Positions 20,450-28,774 of a stretch of 64,000 nucleotides of DNA are shown piece by piece. Source of the DNA: Candidatus Thorarchaeota archaeon. Its GTDB lineage: Archaea; Asgardarchaeota; Thorarchaeia; Thorarchaeales; Thorarchaeaceae. Under the pieces are notes generated by a model. That model ran no database searches, had not been told where the DNA came from, and saw only the letters and a list, made by a program, of their open reading frames with translations. The DNA lies in assembly GCA_019057475.1 (NCBI GenBank), contig DXJO01000010.1, forward strand, positions 1-64,000, in the 5' to 3' direction. Within the stretch, counting starts at the first letter, position 1. Each line of letters begins with the position of its first letter. A program made the position numbers and the translations under genes.

Positions 20450-21229
20450 CTAGTCAACCTCCACGTCGAGCTCCGAGAAGAGGTCCTCTTCTGAGATGCT
20501 CTCCGGAGCGCCAGGATTCAGAACTCTTAGGGACATTGCGTCGGCTTTCTTGAGAATCGCTTGGCGTTTCCTCATTCCGACGGTTGCTCCAATCCTGATG
20601 GCATGAACCTCGGGATTCAGTTCTTCGAAGTCAGCTGGCCTGTGAACAAGCACTTCAATGAATCTTGACGGATGCATACCTCTCACAGCCTTTGGCTTTC
20701 TGTATCCCGGAGACACCATAGCTATGCGGCCCTTGCGTTTCTCTCGTGTAGCGTTATCTATTCCGCGTAGCTTTCTCCAGGAATCGCTTACGCGCGTCCA
20801 GCGATGTGCTTGTTCATGGCGGAACCGAGGTTGCTTCCTTCTCATCTCTTTTGAAATCCTGAGAAGTCTTTGATCAATAAGCTTGTCCCTGGCGTGTATC
20901 TCCTTCTCTTTCTTCTTAGCCTTCTTCTTTGCAGGTGTCTTCTTGATCCTAGCCTTCGGCTCAACCTTCTTCTTGGCTGGCGCCTTTTTGGGCTTCTCCT
21001 TCTTCGGTGCAGCTTTCTTGGCTTTCGGAGCCTCTGGCACAATCCTCTTGGCAGATGAAATGATTTCAGCTGCTCTGCTCTCGCTGAGGCCATCTACCTT
21101 GGTTGCAAGCTTTGCAGGGTCGCTCTTCGACACCTTCGCCACGGTCTTGAACCCGGCTGCGACAAGCTTTTCCTCTAGCTTTGGCCCGACTCCATAGACA
21201 TCTGTCAGTTTTGGCTTTTTTGACATCAT
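20450..21229 (-). CDS. rpl32e: 50S ribosomal protein eL32 with N-terminal helix-hairpin-helix domain and Lys-rich linker
   Basis: C-terminal half: PRFRH..WRKLRGID..GYRKPKAVRGMHPS..RVLNP. N-terminus: LTDVYGVGPK..VDGLSESRA. Confidence 0.93.
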   Translation of the reverse strand: MMSKKPKLTDVYGVGPKLEEKLVAAGFKTVAKVSKSDPAKLATKVDGLSESRAAEIISSAKRIVPEAPKAKKAAPKKEKPKKAPAKKKVEPKARIKKTPAKKKAKKKEKEIHARDKLIDQRLLRISKEMRRKQPRFRHEQAHRWTRVSDSWRKLRGIDNATREKRKGRIAMVSPGYRKPKAVRGMHPSRFIEVLVHRPADFEELNPEVHAIRIGATVGMRKRQAILKKADAMSLRVLNPGAPESISEEDLFSELDVEVD

Positions 21230-21237
21230 CTCGCCTC

Positions 21238-21801
21238 CTATACTATCGACTTGACCGCTTCACCTTTCCTCTTCGTGAGGACGTAGATGCCGTCAAGGAA
21301 AACACGCCTGTCCTTGTGACGGATCTTTGTGGCGAGCTGTATGTTCGCGGCAGTCTGCGACACATGCTCAATATTGATGCCGCTGATGATTACATCATCC
21401 TCTCCGGTCTTTATCTCAACGTCACCTATGACGTGTGCCTTACGAACGCCACGTTCTCCGATGAAGTTCTTGATCATGACCTCCTTGCCCTTCACCTCAA
21501 CAGTGATTGGGAAGTGACTGTACACGATTTTCATCTTGTATTCATAGCCATGCTGTACACCTGTGAACATGTTACGCACGTGGGCAATAGCAGTACCAAC
21601 CAGAGCTCGGGTGCTCTTGCGCGACCTTTTGGTGGATACTACCACTTCATTGCCCTCTATGACGATGCTCGTCTGAGGTTCCGGAAATGTCCGTTCAAGC
21701 GTTCCGAGAGGTCCCGTCACCGTGACTGTCTTGCCCTCTAGATTGACCTGACAATCACTGGGGATTTCGATACGCTGCCCGTAGCTTGGTTTGCCTAACA
21801 T
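21238..21801 (-). CDS. rpl6: 50S ribosomal protein uL6
   Basis: YSHFPI, NFIGER, KDRRVFLDGIY. Confidence 0.97.
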   Translation of the reverse strand: MLGKPSYGQRIEIPSDCQVNLEGKTVTVTGPLGTLERTFPEPQTSIVIEGNEVVVSTKRSRKSTRALVGTAIAHVRNMFTGVQHGYEYKMKIVYSHFPITVEVKGKEVMIKNFIGERGVRKAHVIGDVEIKTGEDDVIISGINIEHVSQTAANIQLATKIRHKDRRVFLDGIYVLTKRKGEAVKSIV

Positions 21802-21813
21802 CTTCGTTTCACC

Positions 21814-22206
21814 TCAGTATACGTATGCAAGCAATCGTCCGCCAATTCCTTCCTTCTTGGCGTCCTCATGAGTCATGACCCCGTTAGGCGTGGTCACAAT
21901 CAGTATTCCATAGTTGAATGCTGGCAGGAAGCGTTTCTCATATTTCTCAAAGCCGTCGCGCTTCACAGGATATCGCGGCTTGATTACTCCGCACTTATTG
22001 GTTCGGCCCATGAGCTGTATTCTGAATCTGCCAGCCTTGCCATCATCTATGCGCTCGAATTCGCCGACGTAACCCCTTGATTGCATGACCTGCAATACCC
22101 TTTCTATCAGGCTGGAAGCTGGTGCAACAACGACCTCCGGTTTCCCGACTAGCTCGCTGTTGTATATGCTTGACATCGCATCAGCCAGTGGATCTAGTAG
22201 TGTCAT
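21814..22206 (-). CDS. rps8: 30S ribosomal protein uS8
   Basis: [29 protein letters not shown]. Confidence 0.97.
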   Translation of the reverse strand: MTLLDPLADAMSSIYNSELVGKPEVVVAPASSLIERVLQVMQSRGYVGEFERIDDGKAGRFRIQLMGRTNKCGVIKPRYPVKRDGFEKYEKRFLPAFNYGILIVTTPNGVMTHEDAKKEGIGGRLLAYVY

Positions 22207-22221
22207 TTCTTCACGGACCTC

Positions 22222-22395
22222 CTAACTATACTTGCGGAATCCCAGCTTGATAGCTGTTTCCCTGAAACAGCGTCGGCACATATTCAAACCGTACGAGCGG
22301 ATTACGGCCCTGTGAGTACCACATCGGTGACAAGTCCGGCTTCCTTTGCCCATCTTCTTTCGCTGTCTTCCTTGATTTTTCTTCGTACTCATCAT
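22222..22395 (-). CDS. rps14: 30S ribosomal protein uS14 (zinc-binding)
   Basis: Translated by hand, 57 aa (below the track cut-off): [33 protein letters not shown]. Confidence 0.96.
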   Translation of the reverse strand: MMSTKKNQGRQRKKMGKGSRTCHRCGTHRAVIRSYGLNMCRRCFRETAIKLGFRKYS

Positions 22396-22403
22396 GCTTC
22401 ACC

Positions 22404-22979
22404 TCAGAATAGATAGGTCCTCTCACGCAGCTTTTCGAGTATTTCGACTCCAAACTTGTTCTTGACGAAGACCATACTCTCTTCCGGTGTTAGCCTATGT
22501 CTGTACGGAATTTTGTTTCTCCGCCTACGTCTTCGCTTCACTCTAAAGCCAGGACGTTCGACGCAGATAGTGATGTTCATACCTTGAATGCCCAGCTGAG
22601 GGTCGTACTTCACTCCCGGTATGTCTATGTGCTCACCGATTCCAAAGGCAAAATTACCATCCAAGTCCCAGTTCTTGATTAGGAGTACATTCTCCTTGGC
22701 CTTGAGCGCCTTAATCAGGAACTCCTCTGCTCTCTTGTGTCTCAGAGTGACTCTTACGGCAATCGCTTCATTCTTCCTGATACCAAACTCTCTAACCGTC
22801 TGGCGGGCTTTTGATCGGACTGGAGTTTGATCAGTCAACTGCTCCAGTATCGTGGATGCCTTGCTCATCTCCTCTCCGCCTCCGGCACAGATGTCCACTA
22901 CGACTTTCGAGATAAGCGGCTCACGCATCGGGTATGCCTTCCACTCTTCAACATAGAGATGTTCATTTGGAGTGCTCAT
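22404..22979 (-). CDS. rpl5: 50S ribosomal protein uL5
   Basis: FGIRKNEAIAVRVTLR, GNFAFGIGEHID.PGVKYDP. Confidence 0.97.
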   Translation of the reverse strand: MSTPNEHLYVEEWKAYPMREPLISKVVVDICAGGGEEMSKASTILEQLTDQTPVRSKARQTVREFGIRKNEAIAVRVTLRHKRAEEFLIKALKAKENVLLIKNWDLDGNFAFGIGEHIDIPGVKYDPQLGIQGMNITICVERPGFRVKRRRRRRNKIPYRHRLTPEESMVFVKNKFGVEILEKLRERTYLF

Positions 22980-23731
22980 TATTCAGACCCTCCGGCGGAA
23001 CTAAGGCTGATTTCTGGTTTCTTGGTACCCACAACGAACACGTATTCCAGAGCTGTCTGGACTCTGTTCCCATCTGGATCCTCTAGTGTTACTGTACTTG
23101 CGTGAGTACCTAACCGCCTTTCAATCTCAACAATTCTACCCTCAATCCCGATGTTCTTTCCCCGGGTGACTATGCTGTAGACACCATTGTCGAGGGGTAT
23201 GGAAGATATGATCTTCTGGTCCGGGATGGATATCTTCAGTGTATCCAACGATTTGTAATCTGATGGCTTTGCCCCTTCTGGGAGCAAAATATTACGGCCA
23301 TCATGCAGTGCTATTTGGAGTTTTCCACCAGGAATCATCCTCTTACTCTCAACCCTGCAGAGTTTGATGCTTGTTTCCTTCTTGGGAATCTCTACAAGGC
23401 GGAATCCACCTCGTCGCTTGGGGAGGAGTCTGAAGCGTTCACCTGATGACTTAATCTCGACGACATCCATCAGACCGATTGGATACCCTGGGTCTTTCCG
23501 TACTCGACCATCAACCAACACTTGGCCATCGGAGAGTATCATCTTCACCTCGCGCATGTTCTCTGCATGGCCCAGCATCTCTCGTAGTAGAATTGCCAAT
23601 GTTAGGCACTGATCCTTGGGGTGTGGACCTGCGGTTGGCTTGGTCGTGAACTTTGCTACCTTCCTCTCTATGGGCCAATGTCTTGGTGCAGGTAAGCGTT
23701 TCAAGTGCTTCTTCTGGCCTCTTCTTGTCAT
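22979..23731 (-). CDS. rps4e: 30S ribosomal protein eS4
   Basis: KHLKRLPAP.HW, GPH, VDGRVRKD..PIGLMDV, LHDGRNIL. Confidence 0.97.
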   Translation of the reverse strand: MTRRGQKKHLKRLPAPRHWPIERKVAKFTTKPTAGPHPKDQCLTLAILLREMLGHAENMREVKMILSDGQVLVDGRVRKDPGYPIGLMDVVEIKSSGERFRLLPKRRGGFRLVEIPKKETSIKLCRVESKRMIPGGKLQIALHDGRNILLPEGAKPSDYKSLDTLKISIPDQKIISSIPLDNGVYSIVTRGKNIGIEGRIVEIERRLGTHASTVTLEDPDGNRVQTALEYVFVVGTKKPEISLSSAGGSE

Positions 23732-24118
23732 CTATTCACTCTCCGCGATATTGACTACTTTGCGCTCGATGAGTTTTTTCCTTTCATCATCAAGCTCAAG
23801 TTGTGTTATCTTAAGGTTGGATGGATGGAGTGGAATCTGTACTTCCTTGCCATCTGCCTTTGTGGTTGTTCCACTCTCTACATAGACTCGTACGTTGCTG
23901 TAGTCAACCTTAACGACCTTTCCTTCAGTGTCTCGAAACTGTCCCCTCATTATTCGAACGAGGTCTCCCTTCTTTACAACTAGTGAGCGAAGACCGTAAT
24001 CTTCCCTGAGGAACTCGTCTAGCTGGCATTTCAACAATCGTTTGCGGGTATGCAAGGGTGACTTGTAGATGCGCCTCCGTTGCTTGCGTGGGGACTTGGA
24101 ACTCGGCTTCTTTGTCAT
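23732..24118 (-). CDS. rpl24: 50S ribosomal protein uL24
   Basis: PRKQRR, KGDLVRIMRG, HPSNL.I..L.L.D..R. Confidence 0.96.
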   Translation of the reverse strand: MTKKPSSKSPRKQRRRIYKSPLHTRKRLLKCQLDEFLREDYGLRSLVVKKGDLVRIMRGQFRDTEGKVVKVDYSNVRVYVESGTTTKADGKEVQIPLHPSNLKITQLELDDERKKLIERKVVNIAESE

Positions 24119-24129
24119 CAGTTTCTACC

Positions 24130-24552
24130 TCACACTATCTTCGAAGCGATGGCAGCAACTCTGGGCCACTTCAGAGTGACCTCTCTCGCCATTGGTCCTC
24201 GGAGTTCTGAACCCTGAGGTTCGCCTCCCGGTTTGATGAGAACTGCTGCATTGTCCTCAAACTGCATCCACGTGCCATCCGGTCTGCGGAACGGTTTTCG
24301 TTGACGCACAATGATTGCTTGGATGACTTGCTTTCGCAACTCCTGTTTCCCTTTTGTCACAGATACATTCACCCGGTCCGCAATACCGGCCTTTCCCAGT
24401 TTCCGGAGCTTTCCCTTGTATCCAAAGACTGTAATTATCTGAAGTTCTTTGGCACCAGAATTGTCTGCACACAGAATCTTGGCCCCAATGGGCAGCCCTC
24501 GTGCAATCCTGGGAATGAATTTCCTGATGCCTCTACCGATTTTCCTTGACAT
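24130..24552 (-). CDS. rpl14: 50S ribosomal protein uL14
   Basis: CADNSGAK, RQRKPFRR.DG..FEDNAAV. Confidence 0.97.
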   Translation of the reverse strand: MSRKIGRGIRKFIPRIARGLPIGAKILCADNSGAKELQIITVFGYKGKLRKLGKAGIADRVNVSVTKGKQELRKQVIQAIIVRQRKPFRRPDGTWMQFEDNAAVLIKPGGEPQGSELRGPMAREVTLKWPRVAAIASKIV

Positions 24553-24555
24553 GGA

Positions 24556-24930
24556 CTATTCCTCCTCTTCAGTTCGTTGCGACTTCGTTTCTATTACTAC
24601 GAAGGATACAGTCTTGCTAAGGGGACGACATTCGGCTACTCTGACTGTATCGCCTACCTTGGCGTCAATGCACGGTGGAAGATGAGCATGCTTCTTTGAC
24701 CTGCGCCTTTCATATCGAGAGTACTTTTTGACAAGGCGCAAATAGTCCGTTTGGAACGTAATCGACTTGTGCATCTTCACGCTGGTGACGACGCCCTCTA
24801 TTATGCGTCCTCTGACTGGGAGACTGCCGTGGAATGGGCAGTTCGGATCGTCACACACATTCTCAGGTGGCTCTACATTTGGAATCCCAATATCACGGAC
24901 TTTTACTTTCGAATCAACCATCTTCACCAT
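24556..24930 (-). CDS. rps17: 30S ribosomal protein uS17
   Basis: CDDPNCPFHG.L.VRG, AECRPLSKTVSF. Confidence 0.97.
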   Translation of the reverse strand: MVKMVDSKVKVRDIGIPNVEPPENVCDDPNCPFHGSLPVRGRIIEGVVTSVKMHKSITFQTDYLRLVKKYSRYERRRSKKHAHLPPCIDAKVGDTVRVAECRPLSKTVSFVVIETKSQRTEEEE

Positions 24931-25208
24931 CTCCTGCTGAGGCGCTTCTTCAGCCTGTCTTCAGGTCTTCCTTTCAATACATGTCCGTCCACGCGGACGA
25001 TAGTTCCATCTGGAAGACTCATGTCGAACACGCAGTTGCTCTTTGGCAATTGGATTACACCTGCGCTTGTGTCGAGGTGAATCATCTCTCTGGACTCGGC
25101 AATTATTGTGCCAGATCTACACACCTGTCTAGGATCCCTAGATGCGACCACGTGTGTCTTCAAGCCAACCAGCTCGTGCTGGATGAGGTTCATTGGAGTC
25201 ACAGTCAT
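24924..25208 (-). CDS. rnp1: RNase P protein subunit Rpp29
   Basis: NLIQHELVGL, G.L.GRPEDRL; operon position. Confidence 0.92.
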   Translation of the reverse strand: MTVTPMNLIQHELVGLKTHVVASRDPRQVCRSGTIIAESREMIHLDTSAGVIQLPKSNCVFDMSLPDGTIVRVDGHVLKGRPEDRLKKRLSRRW

Positions 25209-25417
25209 TGTTCTAGCTTCAACTCCTCTTCTCTCTGAATCGTTAGAATCCTGGCAATAGTTCTCTTGATTGCCCTTGTCTGGTAGGGGTTATCAGAACC
25301 GCCCCCAGTGGCAATCTGGATTCTGACACTGGTGAGCTCATTGAACAGCTCATCCATCTTCTTCTGGCGTTCTGCCGGATTGAGTTTGCGGATGTCCTTT
25401 GCTGTAAGTCGAGCCAT
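25205..25417 (-). CDS. rpl29: 50S ribosomal protein uL29
   Basis: DIRKL..ER..EL..EL, IKRTIARILTI. Confidence 0.94.
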   Translation of the reverse strand: MARLTAKDIRKLNPAERQKKMDELFNELTSVRIQIATGGGSDNPYQTRAIKRTIARILTIQREEELKLEQ

Positions 25418-25420
25418 CTT

Positions 25421-26341
25421 TTAATCGCCTCCTTCATTGGGCGTGTCAAGTTCGTCCAATTCCTTCAGTTCTTCCAGAGTGCTCTTTTCGTCAGGCAACG
25501 ACTCGCTTTCTATTTCAGGCGGCTTCTCTTCAGGTTCAGCGGACTCTGCTTTGTCTGGAGCCTTCTTCTCTTCGGTGGTCTCAACATCTTCCACAAGCTC
25601 AAGTCCATCGAGTTCTTCTAGTTCTCTTAGCTCCTCTAAGTCCGTTATTCCCTCAAGGCGCTCTTCGACATCTGCGGTTTCAGAAACCACATCACCCTCC
25701 TCTTCCGCTGGTTTGAGCAGCTCTAGCTCTGCAGGTTTCTTTGGCTTCGGTTTCTTGACAACTATCACTCCAGGTAGTTTGGCATCGGGTTGCATTATTC
25801 TGACCTTGATACCTATTGCACCTGGCTTTAGGATGGCAGTATCATCTGCCTCATCAACATACAGCTCGGCTGGTGCGCCCGTTTTGGCAACCGTGGCTTG
25901 CTTGAACTTCTGGTAGCGTCCTCTCCTGCTTGACAATTTGCCCTTGACGATTATCTCGCATCCTAGTGCCCCGGCACGCATTACACGACGAAGGATCCAA
26001 TATGCCATTCTTCGGAAACGGACGCCTCGCTCCAGCTGTCTTGCAAGTCTGGAAGCCATTGCCTGAGCACAAAGCCAAGGATTTTCTATCTCGCTCACTT
26101 CGACCTGCACGTTCTCAATACCAAAATCGGTTTCAAGGATGTCTGACAATTCTCGTATCTTGGACCCTCGACGTCCAATAACCACGCCTGGCCTAGAGGC
26201 ATGAATGATGACTTCTGTACGCATGGGCATCTTCCGGATTTCCACACCGCCGTATCCGGCTGCGTTGAGTTCTCGCCCCAAGAACTCGTCAATCTTAAGC
26301 TTGCGAGTGTTTTGCTCTATGAAGTACTTCACTGCCGACAC
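25421..26341 (-). CDS. rps3: 30S ribosomal protein uS3 with acidic C-terminal extension
   Basis: RPGVVIGRRG, GALGCEIIVKGKL, GAIGIKVRIM. Confidence 0.97.
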   Translation of the reverse strand: MSAVKYFIEQNTRKLKIDEFLGRELNAAGYGGVEIRKMPMRTEVIIHASRPGVVIGRRGSKIRELSDILETDFGIENVQVEVSEIENPWLCAQAMASRLARQLERGVRFRRMAYWILRRVMRAGALGCEIIVKGKLSSRRGRYQKFKQATVAKTGAPAELYVDEADDTAILKPGAIGIKVRIMQPDAKLPGVIVVKKPKPKKPAELELLKPAEEEGDVVSETADVEERLEGITDLEELRELEELDGLELVEDVETTEEKKAPDKAESAEPEEKPPEIESESLPDEKSTLEELKELDELDTPNEGGD

Positions 26342-26806
26342 TTAACCCACCTCTTCCAACACAATCTCGATGTGTGTAGTGTTCTCGAAGTACGGCGAAC
26401 TCTTGCCAAAAGCTCTCTCAATGTACTTCTTGTATGTTCTACCGCGCTGTGCGGCTGAATGGACTATCCTAAGCCTATCAATGTCCAGACCCTTGCTGTC
26501 CGCATTGGCTTCAGCGTTTCTCAGAATCTTCAAGATACCCTTGGATGCTTTCACCGGATGACCGCCTGGAGCCCACTTCTTCATACCTGCGTGGTGGCCG
26601 CGCTTCTTCTTGTGGCGTCTGTAAGGTATCCATACCTTCTCTTCAATTACGCTTTCAAGAAGATCAATGGCCTTGTCGAGCATCATTCCGCGAATTTCGT
26701 TACAGACTTCTCTGGACTGTTTGGGAGAGCAGCGCAGATTTCTGCCACTAGCTACGGCTGTTCGGTCTGGGTCCATGCCTATGATTGAATATCCATATGT
26801 CGGCAT
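26342..26806 (-). CDS. rpl22: 50S ribosomal protein uL22
   Basis: SPKQSREVC, NAEANA..KGLD, RAFG..P..THIEIVLEE. Confidence 0.96.
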   Translation of the reverse strand: MPTYGYSIIGMDPDRTAVASGRNLRCSPKQSREVCNEIRGMMLDKAIDLLESVIEEKVWIPYRRHKKKRGHHAGMKKWAPGGHPVKASKGILKILRNAEANADSKGLDIDRLRIVHSAAQRGRTYKKYIERAFGKSSPYFENTTHIEIVLEEVG

Positions 26807-27112
26807 TGTGCCTCACTTCCGGTATAGCGATCTGGCCGGTGTAACCCAGTTATACCACTGTGTCCAACCAGACACTATGACACCCTCAACGACTACTTCA
26901 GACCCTACCGGCACACGTATACAGACTGTTCTCGCGAGCAGAACTAGGCGCCTGCACTGCATCCATCGGTTCTCAAGCAATCGCTTCCAGAGAGCGACTG
27001 GCCAGTTTCGGAAATGTTTAGCATTTAAACCTATGGACTTGCAGGTCTTAAGACGCCTGGATTCCTGAGTTCTCCACGTCTACTGGCATTCTCTCGTCAG
27101 TAAGGGGGGATT

Positions 27113-27511
27113 TTAGGGATTATTGCCGAACTCCGCAATGACCCGCCTTAGTAACGGTGAATTTATGGACTCTCGCACCAGATCAACGCCAGCATTGGTG
27201 AGAGTGCACTTCACGAAGTGTCGACCAGCTGATCGTACAAAGACAAGTCTCTTGCTTTTCAACCGTTCCAAGCTTCCCAATACAATCTGAGTGAGTTCCT
27301 CATCGGTGAGCTCGATGCCCTTCCCCGGTGTTTGCAGGATTTCACACATCTTCAGAACGGTTCGAATTGAGCTGAGTTGACGTTTTTTACTATCATACGG
27401 ATTTGAGTACAGCCACAGCAATACTATGAGATCAACAACGCTGAGACCTAGGTCTGGGTTGTTCTTAATCGTCTTCTTGGCAATCAACTCGACTATAGGC
27501 ATCGCAGTCAT
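27113..27511 (-). CDS. Hypothetical protein, possibly winged helix
   Basis: SLERLKSKRLV...LTNAG resembles a wHTH wing; family not recognised. Confidence 0.55.
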   Translation of the reverse strand: MTAMPIVELIAKKTIKNNPDLGLSVVDLIVLLWLYSNPYDSKKRQLSSIRTVLKMCEILQTPGKGIELTDEELTQIVLGSLERLKSKRLVFVRSAGRHFVKCTLTNAGVDLVRESINSPLLRRVIAEFGNNP

Positions 27512-27551
27512 TCTCTCAGAGTGTTATCATCATTTGAATCAATCGAGGTAT

Positions 27552-28268
27552 CTATGCTCGGCCTACAACTCCAGGTTTCGGTTCGAAGATATCCCCTCTT
27601 CTCATCAGTCGCTCCAGTGAGGCTATCACAGAAGCTTGAGAAACCCCTCCTTGTTGAATGTGTGCGATTATCTCATCGACTCGTAGGTGTTCCCCTCTGT
27701 CCTTGAGTAGCACGAGAATTGCATCTGAAACGTCCGTTCTGTCTGAGGACGTTTTTGCTTTCTCCACTCTGGAATTGACCAGCTGAATCGACCAAGGATG
27801 TGGAAAAATCAGAGTGCCATGATTGGCAAGACTTGTTATCTGGTCTTCCACCCATGTCCAAACCAGTTGATACGCTTCACAAAGACTCTCTATTCTGCCA
27901 AGCGTACATGGGGCATCTGTGGCCTCTCTCTCAAGGAGGAGCATAAGCCTCTTTCTCTTCCCCGAGGGAATAGATGCATCCATCCGTTCTGAGATGTCCT
28001 CAGCACGCAATCGCTTCTCAGGAACCAGAGCGCGCACTCTCTCTTGTGATCTTTCCACAGCCTTTTCAAACGCATCACCGCCCCGCGCGGCGTTGAACTC
28101 CTTGACTGCGGTTGTGGCAGCTTCGGGATTATCGAACAGTGCACGGGCTGCCTTGGCGATGTCGATGATCTTACCGCAGTAGCTGCACCGTCTTCGCTTT
28201 TGACCGACAGGAGCATTCGTGAAGTTCCTGCATTTGGGGCACATGAAGACAAAAAATGACTTCACCAA
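27552..28268 (-). CDS. Zinc-ribbon (DUF1922-like) protein with C-terminal winged-helix-like domains
   Basis: CPKC..RRCSYCG at the N-terminus; LERLMRRGDIFEPKPG at the C-terminus. Confidence 0.65.
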   Translation of the reverse strand: MVKSFFVFMCPKCRNFTNAPVGQKRRRCSYCGKIIDIAKAARALFDNPEAATTAVKEFNAARGGDAFEKAVERSQERVRALVPEKRLRAEDISERMDASIPSGKRKRLMLLLEREATDAPCTLGRIESLCEAYQLVWTWVEDQITSLANHGTLIFPHPWSIQLVNSRVEKAKTSSDRTDVSDAILVLLKDRGEHLRVDEIIAHIQQGGVSQASVIASLERLMRRGDIFEPKPGVVGRA

Positions 28269-28386
28269 TCAAACACCAGCATCACCTGTGTCTTCCAGTT
28301 CCTAGCTATATAACGGTCCCTCTCTGCTACTAGACAAATAGTGTTATATTCTATCAAAGGCCCGGCCGCGCCTGAGGACCCCATTA

Positions 28387-28602
28387 ATGGCAAAGAAACC
28401 CAAGCAGATTATTGTGGATACAAAGCTCTGCAAGGGTTGTCTTATCTGCATTTCAGTATGTCCGCATGGCGTTCTCAAGAAGGCTGATGAGGTCGACAAT
28501 CGAGGCTTCTTCCTTCCAGTTGTCGTGGACTTAGAAGCGTGCAAGGTCTGTAGACTATGTGAGATGGAATGCCCAGATTTTGCCATTTGTGTCGTAGAGT
28601 AG
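28387..28602 (+). CDS. 2[4Fe-4S] ferredoxin (2-oxoacid oxidoreductase delta-subunit-like)
   Basis: CKGCLICISVCP and CKVCRLCEMECP. Confidence 0.92.
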   Translation: MAKKPKQIIVDTKLCKGCLICISVCPHGVLKKADEVDNRGFFLPVVVDLEACKVCRLCEMECPDFAICVVE

Positions 28603-28774
28603 CAACCTGGGTAATGACTTGGCATCTAGAGCGATGGAATTCTTACAGCCCTCTAGTAATCTGGAACACAGAGATGTAAGAAATATGTAAATTTTCTACG
28701 ATACGCGGGAGTCATCCACATGTGCCTGCATCGCCATGACTCCCACTCAGTCCATCTCATTCCTGATATCTTCC

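Noticed and set aside
22226-22453. Track ORF of 75 aa between S8 and L5
   Set aside because: Wrong frame; the real gene is uS14 at 22222..22395.
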